Part shown: positions 29,601 through 42,739 of the stretch, piece by piece | How positions within the stretch are numbered: position 1 is the stretch's first letter | How the letters are laid out: each line of letters opens with the position of its first letter | DNA from: Eledone cirrhosa | Taxonomy: Eukaryota | Length of the DNA: 64,000 nucleotides | Direction: 5' to 3' | NCBI GenBank assembly: GCA_964016885.1 | Contig: OZ024740.1 | Location: 300,390,001 to 300,454,000 of the forward strand | Made by a program: the position numbers and the translations under genes | Notes under the pieces: model-generated | The model's database searches: none | Seen by the model: the letters and a program-made list of their open reading frames with translations, nothing else | What the model was told of the DNA's origin: nothing

Positions 29601-31913
29601 CAGAAGCTATGCAGAAGGTATCTCAGTTTAGTCTATCTGTGAACTAAGACCAAGTCAAGAATTTTAGAAGAAGTATAAACATTGCCACTTAGAGATTGTA
29701 TAATTGAACTGTAACCCTGCAACATGTTATCCTATCAAAGACATTATAGCTATTTCTTGTATTTAACTTCGTGGTGGTGCGGGTTGATAAGTACTGAGGA
29801 TTCATTGAAATGTTAGGAACAGACTGTAACAGAGTTCTTAATTCTGATATAACACTAAATATTTACTGTACCTTATCACATTCAAATCCCATTTCTTCCG
29901 AGGGTCTTGCCTGGCTGCGTAATAAATTGCCTATCGAAAGATATCCTCGGGGAATAATTTGATACATGCAGTTTAAACTGTATACATTCTGCCGTGTAAA
30001 TCAGTAAGACATCACCATCCGATTAACCTTCTTGTCTTGCATCATATGTGTTTCCGCCATTCAGAACGAACTGATACAACCATTGATATTTTGCTGGAAA
30101 ATATAAATACAATACCTCCCATAGATTGTCATTTACTTCATATCAACAGCCGATAATCAAGTTTCTTCCTGAACTCTTTCTATCACAGTCTGACTAGAAT
30201 AAGATATTGTATGGTTTTGGTACTGCATGGTTGAAATCATTTCCCTAACGCCATGATAGCTCGGAATAAACCAATATATACCCAAGGATGCGTCTCCTTG
30301 ATATATATTGTGTATCCACACATCTCACTGAAGAATACTGTTTGATTGTGATAGTTGTGTTATATATTTGTCTTTCAGCTACACTTCCCTCTAACAAAAT
30401 TTAATTCGTATTCAGGGCAATGAATATGTATGCAATTCTTCTGTTGTTATTATTTCCAATCATTTGTGTTATTTGACTTTCAGATTTTTATTAACTTATT
30501 GAGAATTGTAGCTTTGTTTTTCCTTCACATATAATACATCTTATAATAGTTGTCCGCAGATCAAATATCACAATACCCTTTTCGATAATACTTTCGCATT
30601 TGTTTATTTCAGTAATTTATTCAAAATACTGCCTTATAGCTGAGGAGAGAGCACATAAACAGGTATATATTTACTACTATGAAGAGAAATTATGCAGTTG
30701 AAAATATATCCTGAATACACAATTAAAATTTGTTAATGATATTTCGTAATGTTCAAATGTGGTACGTTTGAAACGGAATATCATAAATGGAAACATCTTT
30801 CCCTGAAACATTTAATTGATAATGTTATTAAAATTGAATGGACTTCCCATTCAAAGCCTGACATCATCAAATTTACTAGCAACAGATGTGCTAATCAGTT
30901 TTACTGAAAAGTAACGTAGTCGCAGATGGAGTTAGGTGTTCTCTGACATTTAGTGCTGTACTAGTTATTGGTACGCTTTTAGAGTGCTCTTATGTATGCA
31001 ATATTCTGAGTTTTGCATATAATTCCACTACCATTACACTCCAGTGGCGTACGAAAAATGTTGCCTGCTGGAGAAATTACATTTCAGTTAATTAATGTAA
31101 ATCTGTTTGACGTGCCCCACAGTATAGTTTTATTCTGTACATTTAATCGTTTTATTACAATTAGACAACTTAAACTAATATGAGGTCTTTTATTCGAGCC
31201 TCATCCAATGTCTAGTATATCCTTGTAATTATTATCTGCGGCATTTATATAAAGTTCCGATTAATATCCGAACGATCCTGTATAAAATGTTTCCTCAATC
31301 TAGAAGAATAACCAACAGCTTAAAAGGGTTGATAAATGTAGCTTTAATTTTGGAAGTATTAATCATCGCGAAATTCATTATAAGTCTCTCATGCTAAGCA
31401 TGCGTTTTTCACCCAGGCCGTATATATACATGTACGCATGTATATACATATATATACCTCTCTTTCACTCTCTCTTTCTCTCTCTCTATGTATATATATA
31501 TATGCGTATGTGTGTGTGTATGAGTGGGGCTATCTCTGCGTGTGAGTTATTGTATAATTGGATATATGTGTAACTGTGTTTCACTATTTCAAAGTGTGCT
31601 ATTTTTCTCTTAGATGTATGACAAAAAATATATCTATTTCATTATATTTTATCAATTCTAATAACGATACAAGTTGTATTTTAGCCTTAGGGTCCCATTT
31701 AAACCAACCTAAATATGTCATAACAACTGACTGTCTGATATTTCATTTATCAATGCAAAACTGAAAAACAACAAATATTTGCATATAAATGCAGCCAAAT
31801 CAAATATGTGTACTTACGCTAACGGATACACCCATAAACACGCACATATATATAAATACAAATACAGACACGCATATATTTGTGCGGATGTACGCATATA
31901 TATATATATATAT

Positions 31914-32100
31914 TAGAAAGTGAGGTTTTTTTACAAAATGAAAAATAACCGAGGTTTCCTACACGAGTGAAAGAAAAAAAGATAACATCGAAAATGCAAC
32001 TGGAGTCTTTTTTTTTTTTAAATATATTTATTTGGTTCCTGTACCGGTTTCGCAGTTCTTGTGCTTTTCAAAAGTAGAATTGAGATGGAGGGCTTGTGGT
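31914..32100 (-). mobile_element. Family A PLE-tail-like repeat (short copy) with slightly mutated hammerhead at ~32038-32074
   Basis: Homologous to 17957-18185. Minus strand TTGAAAA GCAC aagaa CTGC GAAA CCGG TA. The 3' end abuts (TA)n. Confidence 0.7.
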
Positions 32101-32652
32101 TTTTGAGAAACGGGAGACCGTCAATTTCCGACGAGACAGTCGCAATTTTTCCGCTAAAATCCTGTGGATGGTGCCTCGGGAAACCTCAGGAACCAAAATG
32201 CAGAGAGCATCCAGAGTGATCCGCCGATCTTTACGCATATTTTCCTCAACTTTTGCGAGTGTCTCGTCGGAATTGACGGTCTCCCGCTCTTTTGTTCGTC
32301 ATGAATTTCAGTACGAGCGGCTTTAAACTCTCTACACCACTTGCGAACGTTTTTGACACCCATGCACGACTGTCCATACACTTCCGTCAATTGGCGTTGA
32401 ATTTCAATCGGTTCAACGCATCTTGCGTTCAAAAACCGAATAACTGCGCGACCTTCGCCCTTGGCGGTATAGTTCAACGGGAGGTCCATTCTCATCGGCT
32501 GCCAAGCCAAGATTGAGCATCCCAGCGAAGCGGGCGCATGCTTGTTTGGGAGTGGAGGAAGCACCAATCACAAGAGAGTTGCCAACAGCGTACGAACAGT
32601 TTCTCTGCGTCCTCATCGTTTTGGAGACCTTGCTTTTGGGATTGCCCTCGTA
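32100..32652 (-). mobile_element. Mariner (Tc1/mariner) transposon, 5' portion
   Basis: ORF 32154-32567 RAVIRFL..IEIQRQLTEVYG..VRKWCREFK..DEQKSGRP (Mos1-type HTH). TIR begins TA-CGAGGGCAATCCCAAAAG on the minus strand at 32652. Confidence 0.85.
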
Positions 32653-32999
32653 TATATATATATAGCCAATTTGCTCTTCAGTGCTACTGTTAACATGTAA
32701 CCCAATAGAACATGAGCACGCTCGGGTTCGGTCACTGAGCCAGCACCCCACCAAGCTTACTCAATGTGGAAATTGATTTTGGCTGCCTTGCGAAATGAAT
32801 AACAAAACCAGTCAAAGCGTTGAGTTACTCAGGAGAATCAACGATCATCCAATAAAGTATGTTTTTTTGTGGAGCAAGCGACTAGTAGACTTCTTTAAGA
32901 CATCGCTCTAAGGGAAGGTCCCCAGCAGGACTAAACAGCGACGTCAGTGATGCTCATGCTTGCGTATCATGTGATGGCATTATCCTAAACAGAGTTGCA

Positions 33000-33040
<41 letters not shown>

Positions 33041-33043
33041 AAA

Positions 33044-33262
33044 TTAAGATAAAGAAACGCCGTTGGTGGATGATACTCTCAATGCTCCGACACTCACTTC
33101 ACTCAAGGACCTCAACATCACTCGCATGCATCTGCCACTTGATACCGAGCATCTTTCTGAGACACTGATGGTTAAACCGTTCCTGTCTGTGGATATGCCG
33201 TTTGTAGGCAACCCATGTCTCACATGCATACAGCAAAGCTGACAGTACACATGCAGCATACA
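33044..33262 (-). mobile_element. RTE-clade LINE fragment (post-RT region)
   Basis: ACVLSALLYACETW..RHIHRQERFNHQCLRKMLGIKWQ..DVEVLE, the typical RTE/BovB-like C-terminal motif. Confidence 0.75.
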
Positions 33263-33355
33263 CTCTCACATACACACACATACATACATACACACATACA
33301 TACACACATACATACACACATACATACACACATACACTTATACATATATAGCTAT

Positions 33356-33392
<37 letters not shown>

Positions 33393-33407
33393 AGAGTATG
33401 TAAATGG

Positions 33408-33438
<31 letters not shown>

Positions 33439-33499
33439 TACTCACGCATATACACACACACACTTATATATATATATATATATATATATTCTATTCTAT

Positions 33500-33897
33500 T
33501 CTAGGGCGGGTAAAATTCCCGAGATCCATGGTCGAGTTCTCTCCAGCGGTCTCTGTTCCTCATTATCGCTGCAATGTCCTGCGTCTCCAACAGACCTGTG
33601 TCTGTCCTTAGGGCATCAACATACGTTAACCTTGGACTTCTTCTTCCAGTGTGTCCATGTAGGGGCTCCCACAGGAGCACTAAGTGCAATGTCAACTCTG
33701 GATGTCGGTGAGCAAGTCCAGCTAACCTCAGTCTCTTCTGTGTCACTTTTGAGCTGACTTTTGAGAGGCTCCCATACAGCTCTGAGTTTTTCATCCCCAG
33801 TGTATACTGATTAATGTTCAGAGTTATCCTCAGCATTCCCGTGTAGCACCCATCCACCATCTGAGTGACTTTCTTGGTAAGTGCCCAAGTCTCCGAC
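33500..33897 (-). mobile_element. RTE-clade (RTE-X-like) LINE 3' fragment
   Basis: SETWALTK..DGCYTGMLR..NSELYG..RLRLAGLAHRHPEL..VLLWEP..GR.PRLTYVDALR.DTG..MRNRDRWR, between (CA)n and (TA)n. Confidence 0.8.
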
Positions 33898-33905
33898 ATA
33901 CACAC

Positions 33906-34013
<108 letters not shown>

Positions 34014-34099
34014 ACACACACATAAAAATATAATACTTATATATATATACAGACACATTTATAAAAGCGGAATAGAATACACCTTTACATTTCGTTATT

Positions 34100-34263
34100 G
34101 TATTGGACGTCATGCTTTCTAGCATAGTTACGTCCCTTTACAGTCTGAGTTCAAATCCCGCCGAGGTTAACTTTGCCTTTCATCCTTACGGGGTCGATAA
34201 AATAAAGTACCAGTAATGTACTGGGTAATTATTGGCCTTGTGCCAATAGTAGAAACAATTATT
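34100..34263 (+). mobile_element. tRNA-derived SINE, 5'-truncated
   Basis: Close match to the SINE at 26131 (GTTCAAATCCCGCCGAGGTTAACTTTGCC...AGTAGAAACAATT). Confidence 0.85.
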
Positions 34264-34414
34264 GTAATAACGGGAACCCCAATTTTATCTTTAACATAAT
34301 ACATTCATAGATATATATGGATATATACCTGTTTATGTATGTATGTATATATGCATGTGTTTATGTATAATTGTGTGTAATCTTGTACGTAAGTGTGCAT
34401 GAGTGTATATACAA

Positions 34415-34461
<47 letters not shown>

Positions 34462-35018
34462 GTGTGTGTGCACGTAATTGCGTGTGTATATATACGTGTG
34501 TATATGTGCTCGTGTATATATGTGTGTTTAAATATAAATATATTCTTGTCTGTATTTCTTAACTCTATATTCTCTATAAATTTATATACGCATATATGTG
34601 CACGGATAATTATGTATATGGTATCCAATGATGTTGACTTGTTCTTATTTTTGGTAAATATCATCTTTGTTAAGAGAGTGGGACTGGCTTTGTGCAGTGC
34701 CTTTGCTCAATATAAAAGCTTCACGGCACAGGCATTGCTTTATATCTGGAGATCTCTCTGCACTTGTCGTCACATGGTACCATGGGCCCAGCACTATGTG
34801 TCAATAATTGTCACAAGTGAAGTATTTGTACCAGAGTTTTCAAGTCGCTGGCTGGACTAAAAATCACACTCGTTCAGCGCATCGGTAAGGGTTCTCATAC
34901 ATGGATATAAAGTAGTGGCCGTACTCGAAAACGAGTTGGCAGCCAGCGTATATATATATATGGCCTCAGCCGGATGGCTGAAACAGGTAAAAGAGTAAAA
35001 GAATATATATATATATAT

Positions 35019-35185
35019 ATGTCCTGGGTATGACATTAAACTACATCCAGTGGCAAGGCTCAAGTTCGGGAGTTCAGGAGATGTGGGGAATGTGGAGTTA
35101 CCCCTTAGTTGTCATGACTCCCAGGTCTGCCCTGGCCCGGGGTGGTAGTACCTGTTAGGGCTCCATTTATGGGTTAAATAACTAC
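35019..35185 (+). repeat. Probable interspersed repeat fragment (unclassified)
   Basis: GTCCTGGGTATGACATTAAAC..GGGGAATGTGGAGT..CTCCCAGGTC..GGTGGTAGTACCTGTTAGGG resembles an abundant octopus repeat as I recall it. It is single copy in this window, so this is unverified. Confidence 0.4.
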
Positions 35186-35468
35186 CTTATTCGAGTGTCG
35201 CCGGTAAGGTCAGCCATTGAAAAGAAATATGGAGGGTCGATCTAACAGCACTAGGGTTAGAGCCCAACAAGCTTCAACAAAAGCGAAACAAGGCCCTTGT
35301 CGGCTTATCTCTCCTGTTTGCTGAGATTAAGGTAAGTGAATTTGTCACTACTATAAAACAATAGCATACGGTCTTCAAAATGCTTTTAATTAAGCATAAA
35401 GTGTATTGCAAAATACATTATATATACATCCATATATATATATTGCTATTTCAGAGCTCCAATTCTAA

Positions 35469-35526
<58 letters not shown>

Positions 35527-35644
35527 ATATATAAGCAGAAGGAATATTCAATTTGTTGGTAATTCAAAAACTATAAATATTTATAACTGATTCAGAGCAC
35601 TCGACACATTTTTCTGGAGTATAATATTCAATGATATTAAATAA

Positions 35645-35833
35645 GTGTTTCTAATTTAGGTAGAAGGCCAGTAATTACCCAGTGCATTACTGGTACTTTA
35701 TTTTATCGACCCCGTAAGGATGAAAGGCAAAGTCAACCTCGGCGGGATTTGAACTCTGATCGTAAAGGGACGTAACTATGCTGGAAAGCATGGCGTCCGA
35801 CTCTCTACCGATACTGCCAATCCACCGCCCTTG
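35645..35833 (-). mobile_element. tRNA-derived SINE, full length with TSD
   Basis: Reverse complement of the 26131 family. 14-bp TSD ATGATATTAAATAA at 35631-35644 and 35834-35847. Confidence 0.85.
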
Positions 35834-35863
35834 ATGATATTAAATAATGTATCTAAATATGTG

Positions 35864-35896
<33 letters not shown>

Positions 35897-36482
35897 CATA
35901 AAACATGTCTATAGAATCACAAGACAAAAAATATACCATTTCCTCTCCCAATTGGCATAATTAACTATATAAAAAATCGAATAGACCAGGCTATGAGAAT
36001 GAGGGTTCTATGAAGAAATCTCCAACAAATAACCGAAACTAGCCCTTCGCGTCGGCTGCAACGGAATATTTATCGAATATTTCGACAGCGTAATCGCCCA
36101 GATACAGTCAATTAAACAGAATTAGGTGTAAAATAAACTGGGAGAAAATAGAATACATTTAAAAACCTCTACCATGGTTTCGTCCGCATTTTGAGATTTC
36201 CAATAATTATGTTATAATTATATATATATATATATACATTTACATACTCTTATGTAATTATATGTATTTTTGTACACCAGTGTGTTTATGTACGAGTTCT
36301 GGGTGTGTGCGTGTGTGTGTTTATATTTCTACATTACTATTTTGTTTGTTACTTTTTCGGCTGTCTGCTCAGTTGGATATATATATTAAATAATAACCCG
36401 AAATGCGCTTATGTTTGTATCTATGTATACTCACGCAAGTATATTTGTGTGTGTGTGTGTGTATGTATATATATATATATAT

Positions 36483-37112
36483 ATACTAAGAATAATGAGT
36501 TCTAAACTCAACCAGTCCTTTACAAAGAAATAGCTCAAAGAAAGAAGTATTTCTGAGCCGTGTAATACAAGTTAATATAAATTAATATATATGATAAAAC
36601 ACAAATACCAACATATAAGTGTTTGTATTGTAAAATAATAAGTTAGCTAGATTGAAAAATACTAATTATAATAATACAGTTTGCCTGCCTCGATTTAAAA
36701 TAATAAATCAATAAAAACAAACGATATTGGCAAAAGGCCGTGGTACTTAGACAAATTTAAATTTCAAAATCAAATCTGTTCCGTAGATAAGTTTAAACTT
36801 CAAAATCCAAATAAGTTTCGAGATGAAAAAGTGAAAGAATACCCCGCTCAGCTCTCCTCAGTAAGTACCCTAACAATTGGTATGCTTCACTTCAAAATAT
36901 TTAAAAAGACTGTTTAACGCACATGGTTTTCCAGTTTCTAGTTGCCGCGTACTCGTTCTGCTAGAAATAACAGCCGTTTATATGGGGCTAAAGTTAGCTC
37001 TACATAAGGAGCAGTGATACTAAGAATAATGAGTTCTAAACTCAAGCAGTCCTTTACAATGAAATAGCTCAAAGAAAGAAGTTTTTCTGAGCCGTGTAAT
37101 ACAAGTTAATAT
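36483..37112. repeat. ~630-bp non-coding unit bounded by ~96-bp direct repeats
   Basis: ATACTAAGAATAATGAGTTCTAAACTCAA...ACAAGTTAATAT at 36483-36578 and 37017-37112. The left end abuts (TA)n. Confidence 0.85.
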
Positions 37113-37309
37113 GAATTATTTTATCATCAGATGAATTATTTTATCCAATGAACGTGCTGGACGTTTCTGTTAAGATCGTCTTGTTTCCTAAAACCTTTGG
37201 TAATGAAATAATCATATTGTGTTGTTTATTATGCAATTAAATATCGCTGTACTATACATAGACCACTTTTCTTTCCTATACCTCTTACCTTTGCTACGGA
37301 AATAAATAC

Positions 37310-37340
<31 letters not shown>

Positions 37341-37344
<4 letters not shown>

Positions 37345-38646
37345 ATATTTGGGGAGGGTCATATTTGCGTAATATTGCCAGAATTAATAACAGAACACAC
37401 TCACTGTTTGGTTGGTTTTCGCTTCTCGCTGTCTTTTATATATATATATCTGCGATCTAACTTACTCGGTCCTCAATGTTGCCATTGACTGACCGGCGGT
37501 CAAAAATAATACAGATACAATATAGACAAACACATATATATATAGTTTACATAATTTACATAAATCTTTCGTTGCACATCTGCAACATCGTCAGTGGTGT
37601 TATATTCATTGTTCCTCCTGTTGTGTTGTATGTCTACGCCATTTTTTTTTGTTCAGTCTGTCTATATATTTATTTATTTATTTGCTTGTTTGTTTATCTT
37701 ATTTTATTTTGTCTTCTTTGCGCATGCGTTTGCGTGTGTGTATAGTGTTATGTGTGATGTGTGACTAGTGTGTATAGTGTTGTGTCTGCTGGGTGACTAG
37801 TGTGTGTTTATGTGCTTGTGTATGTATTTATTTATCTTATTTTATTTAATTTAATTTACTTATTTATTTATACTTCTCTTAGGTCAGTGTTGTTTGTTTG
37901 GGTGTTGTTGTTGTTCCACTCATTCTTTCTGTTTAGCTTTGGTCTTCTAATTTCTATTTCACTGGCCTCTCTGATTTGCCTATCTGCTGGGTCATTCCTA
38001 TGTTTAGATATTATTCTAATTTCTATGTTGTCTATGTTACCGTCATGTTGTTGTCTAACATGTTCGTATAGTACTGACCCGTTTTTTCGTCCTTTTAGTT
38101 CCCCCCAGTGTTGGTCTATCCTTTCACCTATGCTACGAGCTGTCTCACCTATGTATGTTGTTGTCGTGTTTCTGCAAGTACCCTCTGTACATCTTATGCT
38201 ATAGACTACGTTTCTAGTTTTACAGTTTATCCGGGGGTTCACCTTACATATGATACATTTCCTATTGGTACAGTGGGTTTTCTTAAAAGGGTAGGTTTTG
38301 CTGATCAGGGATTTTATGGTGGTTCCTGGCTTTTCATAGAACTGGACATGAAAGGAATTTGCCCACTATACAGGAGCAAATCATGGAATAGCTTAGATAG
38401 GGCTAGACATAAGATAGGGAAGGCCACATCATGGTACGACAACCAGAGATATCAGAGTGTCATGTTTGTGGACGCCACCCCTGGAGGGAAATTAGCTAAC
38501 CAGTGTAGAAAGGCCCTGAGAAAGACCCACTTAAAAATAAAGGTGGTAGAAAAGCCAGGAACCACCATAAAATCCCTGATCAGCAAAACCTACCCTTTTA
38601 AGAAAACCCACTGTACCAATAGGAAATGTATCATATGTAAGGTGAA
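37341..38646 (-). mobile_element. Penelope-like element family E, 3' portion with inverted 5' segment
   Basis: Minus ORF 37868-38242 (NCKTRNVVYSIRC..YIGETARSIGERIDQH..RQIREA). Segment 38336-38646 is the upstream part of the same element on the plus strand. The 3' end abuts (TA)n. Confidence 0.85.
37560..37594 (-). ncRNA. Probable minimal hammerhead in the family E 3' pLTR (partly degenerate)
   Basis: Minus strand CTGACGA-T-GTTGCA gatg TGCAAC-GAAA-GATTT. A decayed homologue on + at ~20898-20932 reads CTAATGA T GTTGC..GCAAT GAAAGAACTT. Stems I and III are imperfect. Confidence 0.5.
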
Positions 38647-41481
38647 TATATACGCCATAACATATCCAATCAAATATACGTACAAGAAAGTATACGTACC
38701 TTCACAAAAGATACAGGTAATATATACTTACCTATACAAATAAGTAATGGTATAAACTTAACATATACTTAGCTACCACATCAAGACGTAAAATATCCGA
38801 ATATAGTTCGTACTATCCGTTAGGCTATAATGTGGGGATGTAATACAGGGAAGTTTTGTGCAATGTATGTTTACAAACCGAAATTGCCTCAAATTCTTTT
38901 GTTTAAAATGTTGTCTTTGGCGTAGAGTATTTCCAGGGCCTCAGCGGCGCATAGGTCACATGGAGCTTTATTTCCGTTATACGATCTATCCCTAGCTAGG
39001 ATCTCCCAGTGTAACTTATATTGGCTGTGGTTGTCCTTTAGACTCCAGATATAAGCTGAAAGTGACGTCATATTCCTTCTTAAAGGGTAACGAAAAGAAT
39101 GGGTATGCATGTAAAGACGCTGCTTGAATCTATTGGCGGTTAACCCTATGTAGGCCCTACGGGATGTGGGTGTTTCAACCTTACATTTGTAGACAATATT
39201 GCTAGAGAGGCATTTCCCGGATAGGTGGAAGTCAACGCGATTCCTACAATTACAGTTAGTACTAACTACAGGGTTGCACGTGTTCCTACGGCTAGGTAGT
39301 TTAGCTAAATTTGAAACTGTGATGTTATGTGCAAGGTTAGGAGTCGTAGAATAAGAAATTTTAATAGTATTTCTATTAAAAATGTTACTATATTTATGTG
39401 TAGGGGGAAATGCTTCATATTAAGGGCGAGAAAGATCTTAGCTAATGGTGTGGCCACCTCCATATTATATGGTGGGTTATACCATATAATGCGTCGGGAT
39501 CTATTTCTTCTAGGCCTATTCTCGTACTCTGTATATGCCATCTTATCGACAAATCCACTCCGAGCAGAGCTTCATTGTAATATGTGGAATGGTCGTTGAA
39601 AATATGATGTTTAGTAGATAGACGGGAAAGCCGCAAAGAAACGTTTGTTACCAGGTTATGCTGGCAGGATGGTTAGAATGCTTATTTATGTAATTAAGCG
39701 TATCATTCGGCTTTCTATACGGGTAATGCAAGCCATTCAATAAATTGAGGGTAACGTCGAGGTAATTAACGACCGAAAGGTTGGCCTCAACCTCTTTGGA
39801 GTGGTTGAAGCCTTTAAAGAAGGCTCTGAGCTCTTTTCTGAACCTGTCACAAGCACGTGTGCCGCAACTAGTCATGGTCTAAAGACCATCATCACGGTAC
39901 AAACCACCACCCACGTTGGGGAATTCTTCCTTGATAGAGAAAAGAAGGAAAGGGTCGATAAGATCAGTAACCTCCGCAGAGTCGCTGGCGCTCATACTTA
40001 CGTCGAATGGGGTACTATTAGATTTTTTAATCCAAATAGATTCGTCGAAATTAATCACCGACTTACGAGTATTGAGGATGACATCAACTTCGAAATCCGT
40101 AACCACTGTGAGTGTTTTAGCGAAATTGATAGCTCTAAGGAGAAGTGGCAAAGTGATGGAGGAGTAGTAATTATTGATGTCGAATTGGATAAAACCGCAA
40201 TGTTCCTTGTTGCATATGCCGTTGAACCAATCTATCACCGCGAAAGTTTTGTTCCACAGTGCAAGAGAGGCCAAACTTCTAATTTCAGGTATAATTCTAA
40301 GAAGAATCCTTTTACTAAGTCTACCTAAATCGGACTTCGTAGGGTTAATAAGCCGAATAGAGGGGTTATTCGGAAAATTGGATTTGTGATCTTTCAGGGT
40401 AAAGTGGGGAGAAATAGGGTCCAGAGATTCAGTCCGGTCCAGGATATTGAGATCAGAGGTGATTTTAAACCAAGTATCGTTGATTTCATTAATGACACTC
40501 CGATTAGTTTTACGGTAATCCTTTGTTACACCATTATGTAGCAGTTGATGGTAAGTACTGCGCTCCCCTTGATATATATTGCCAGTTTTGTCGGAATGGA
40601 CGTGCACGGCATTAGTATCCTTAATAGAACGAATCCTATTCTTCAGATCCTGCTGGAAGGATTTGCTCCTATTCCGAATATAGGTTTTAAACCCAAATTT
40701 ATCCTGTTTGTTGTCTGCTTTTCCCTGATTATCGAAATAAAAGGCACGCCGACGCAACCTTTTAATGAACGCGTCTGTTTTCTCTATCAGGAGTTTTAGG
40801 TATGTTTTCCTGCTTGGTACGCGTATGTTCTTTGTAGAAATATTGAGATGTTGTTTCTGCATGATGAATATAAGTCAATAGAGTGCTCAACCGAGGGAGC
40901 CAAATAGTAATAAAAATAAATTTGAAGACTAAAATCCAAAGAGGGCTCTATAATGATAAATATACATCAAATATATAAGAATCGTAGAGCAAATATTATT
41001 AAAATAACAGATTAAAGTTTAAGCAAAGAATCGCTGCTTTCACACTTAACGGGATCTTCTGAAACTAACAAAGTCAATCTGTGAACGCAGAAGTGAATAT
41101 TTTAAAAAACGTTCAAACCGGAGGAAGACAGGAAGACGATACTTTGGTTCGTGGAAACGTTCCCTGGCAAAGAACGGGAAAAAACGAATATAATACGTCA
41201 TTATTTGGAGCGGTGAAAAACAATTACACGCAAAGACAAAACCACGTTCATGGTATAAAAGAAGTCGTAGACTAATATTCTATTTGGTGGTTCATAGAGA
41301 TGTACTCTGGCAATGAACGGAAAAAAACGAAGATAATACGCCATATGCGTAGCGGGAAGAATAATTGCACGCAAATACAAAACCACGTAAATGGTATAAC
41401 TGAAGTCGTAGACTAAAATTCTAACTAGGAAACCGAATGATTCTCGGCTTCAGAGTTAAGAAAAAGTAAAGAAAATACAGA
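38647..41481 (-). mobile_element. Compact Penelope-like element (RT plus C-terminal GIY-YIG; Hydra-clade-like), near-complete ORF with frameshifts and upstream pLTR
   Basis: ORF 39879-40862 (KNIRVPS, HSDKTGNIY, TLKDHK..RLINP.KS, QFDINNYYSSI, GLYRDDGL), then NYLDVTLNL..PYRKPN, IIWYNPPY, CNCRNRVD..KCLSSNIVYKCKV..AYIGLT..FKQR, and CDLCAAE. Confidence 0.88.
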
Positions 41482-42249
41482 TTTAATAAAATACGTATTT
41501 ATTTATTTATATACCTTTATTTATATGTATACACGCACACACATATATATATATATTTTTTTTATATGTATTTTTGTGTGTATTTTGTGTATACATTCGT
41601 ATGCGTGCGGGTACAGGCGTTGCGTGGCTTCTGTATGTGCGTGCGGAATTTTTTTTGTGTACGTGCGTGTATTTGTATACCTATGGCGAGTGTTTTCACG
41701 TATGCTTGCGCTTCCGTATGTATGTATATGGATGCTTGTATGTATTTATTTAATTTCAATTACCTCTGTATTTTATTTACTTTATTCTTAACTCTGAAGC
41801 CGAGAATGATTCGGTTTCCTGTTAGAATTTTAGTCTACGACTTCAATTATACCATCTACGTCGTTTTGCTTTTGCGTGCAATTGTTCTCCCCGGTCCACA
41901 TATGACGTATTATCTTCGTTTTTTCCGTTCATTGCCAGATAACGTCTCTATGAACTACCTAATAGAATATTAGTCTACGACATCTTTTAAAACCATAAAC
42001 GTGGCTTTATCTTTGCGTGTAATTGTTTTTCACCGCTCCAAATAATGACGTATTATATTCGTTTTTTCCCGTACTTTGCCAGGGGACATTTCCACGAACC
42101 AAAGTATCGTCTTCCTGTCTTCCTCCGGTTTCAACGTTTTTTGAAATATTCAATTCTGCGTTCACAGATTGACTTTGTTAGTTTCAGAAGATCCCGTTAA
42201 GTGTGAAGGCAGCGATTCTTTGCTTAAACTTTAATCTGTTATTTTAATA
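40997..42249. repeat. ~485-bp inverted repeat pair (pLTR plus inverted pLTR) upstream of the PLE ORF
   Basis: 40997-41481 is the reverse complement of 41765-42249 with scattered mismatches. The right end abuts (TA)n. Confidence 0.9.
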
Positions 42250-42544
42250 TATATATATATATATATATAACCAAAAGTTTATATGGTTCGATGATTATTC
42301 AACGCATTCAATTTTACAATTGATTAGAAGCCCTGGAGAGTCATTTTAACACTTCTAGGATGTTGAGTGTTGAGGGAGTAACTTACTATCACAACAGGAA
42401 TTGAAGGTTCAAGACCTTAAGGGTATGTCAAATAACCAATCTCTCATGTTTTATCTGATGAAAGCGTACTTTAAAATCATTGTATAATATATACTTTGGT
42501 TATGAAAATATTTCTCATTTATTAATATTTTTTATAATATATAC

Positions 42545-42737
<193 letters not shown>

Positions 42738-42739
42738 AG

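Noticed and set aside
42455-42480. CTGATGA as a hammerhead core
   Set aside because: It has no properly placed stem II plus GAAA, so it is a chance heptamer.
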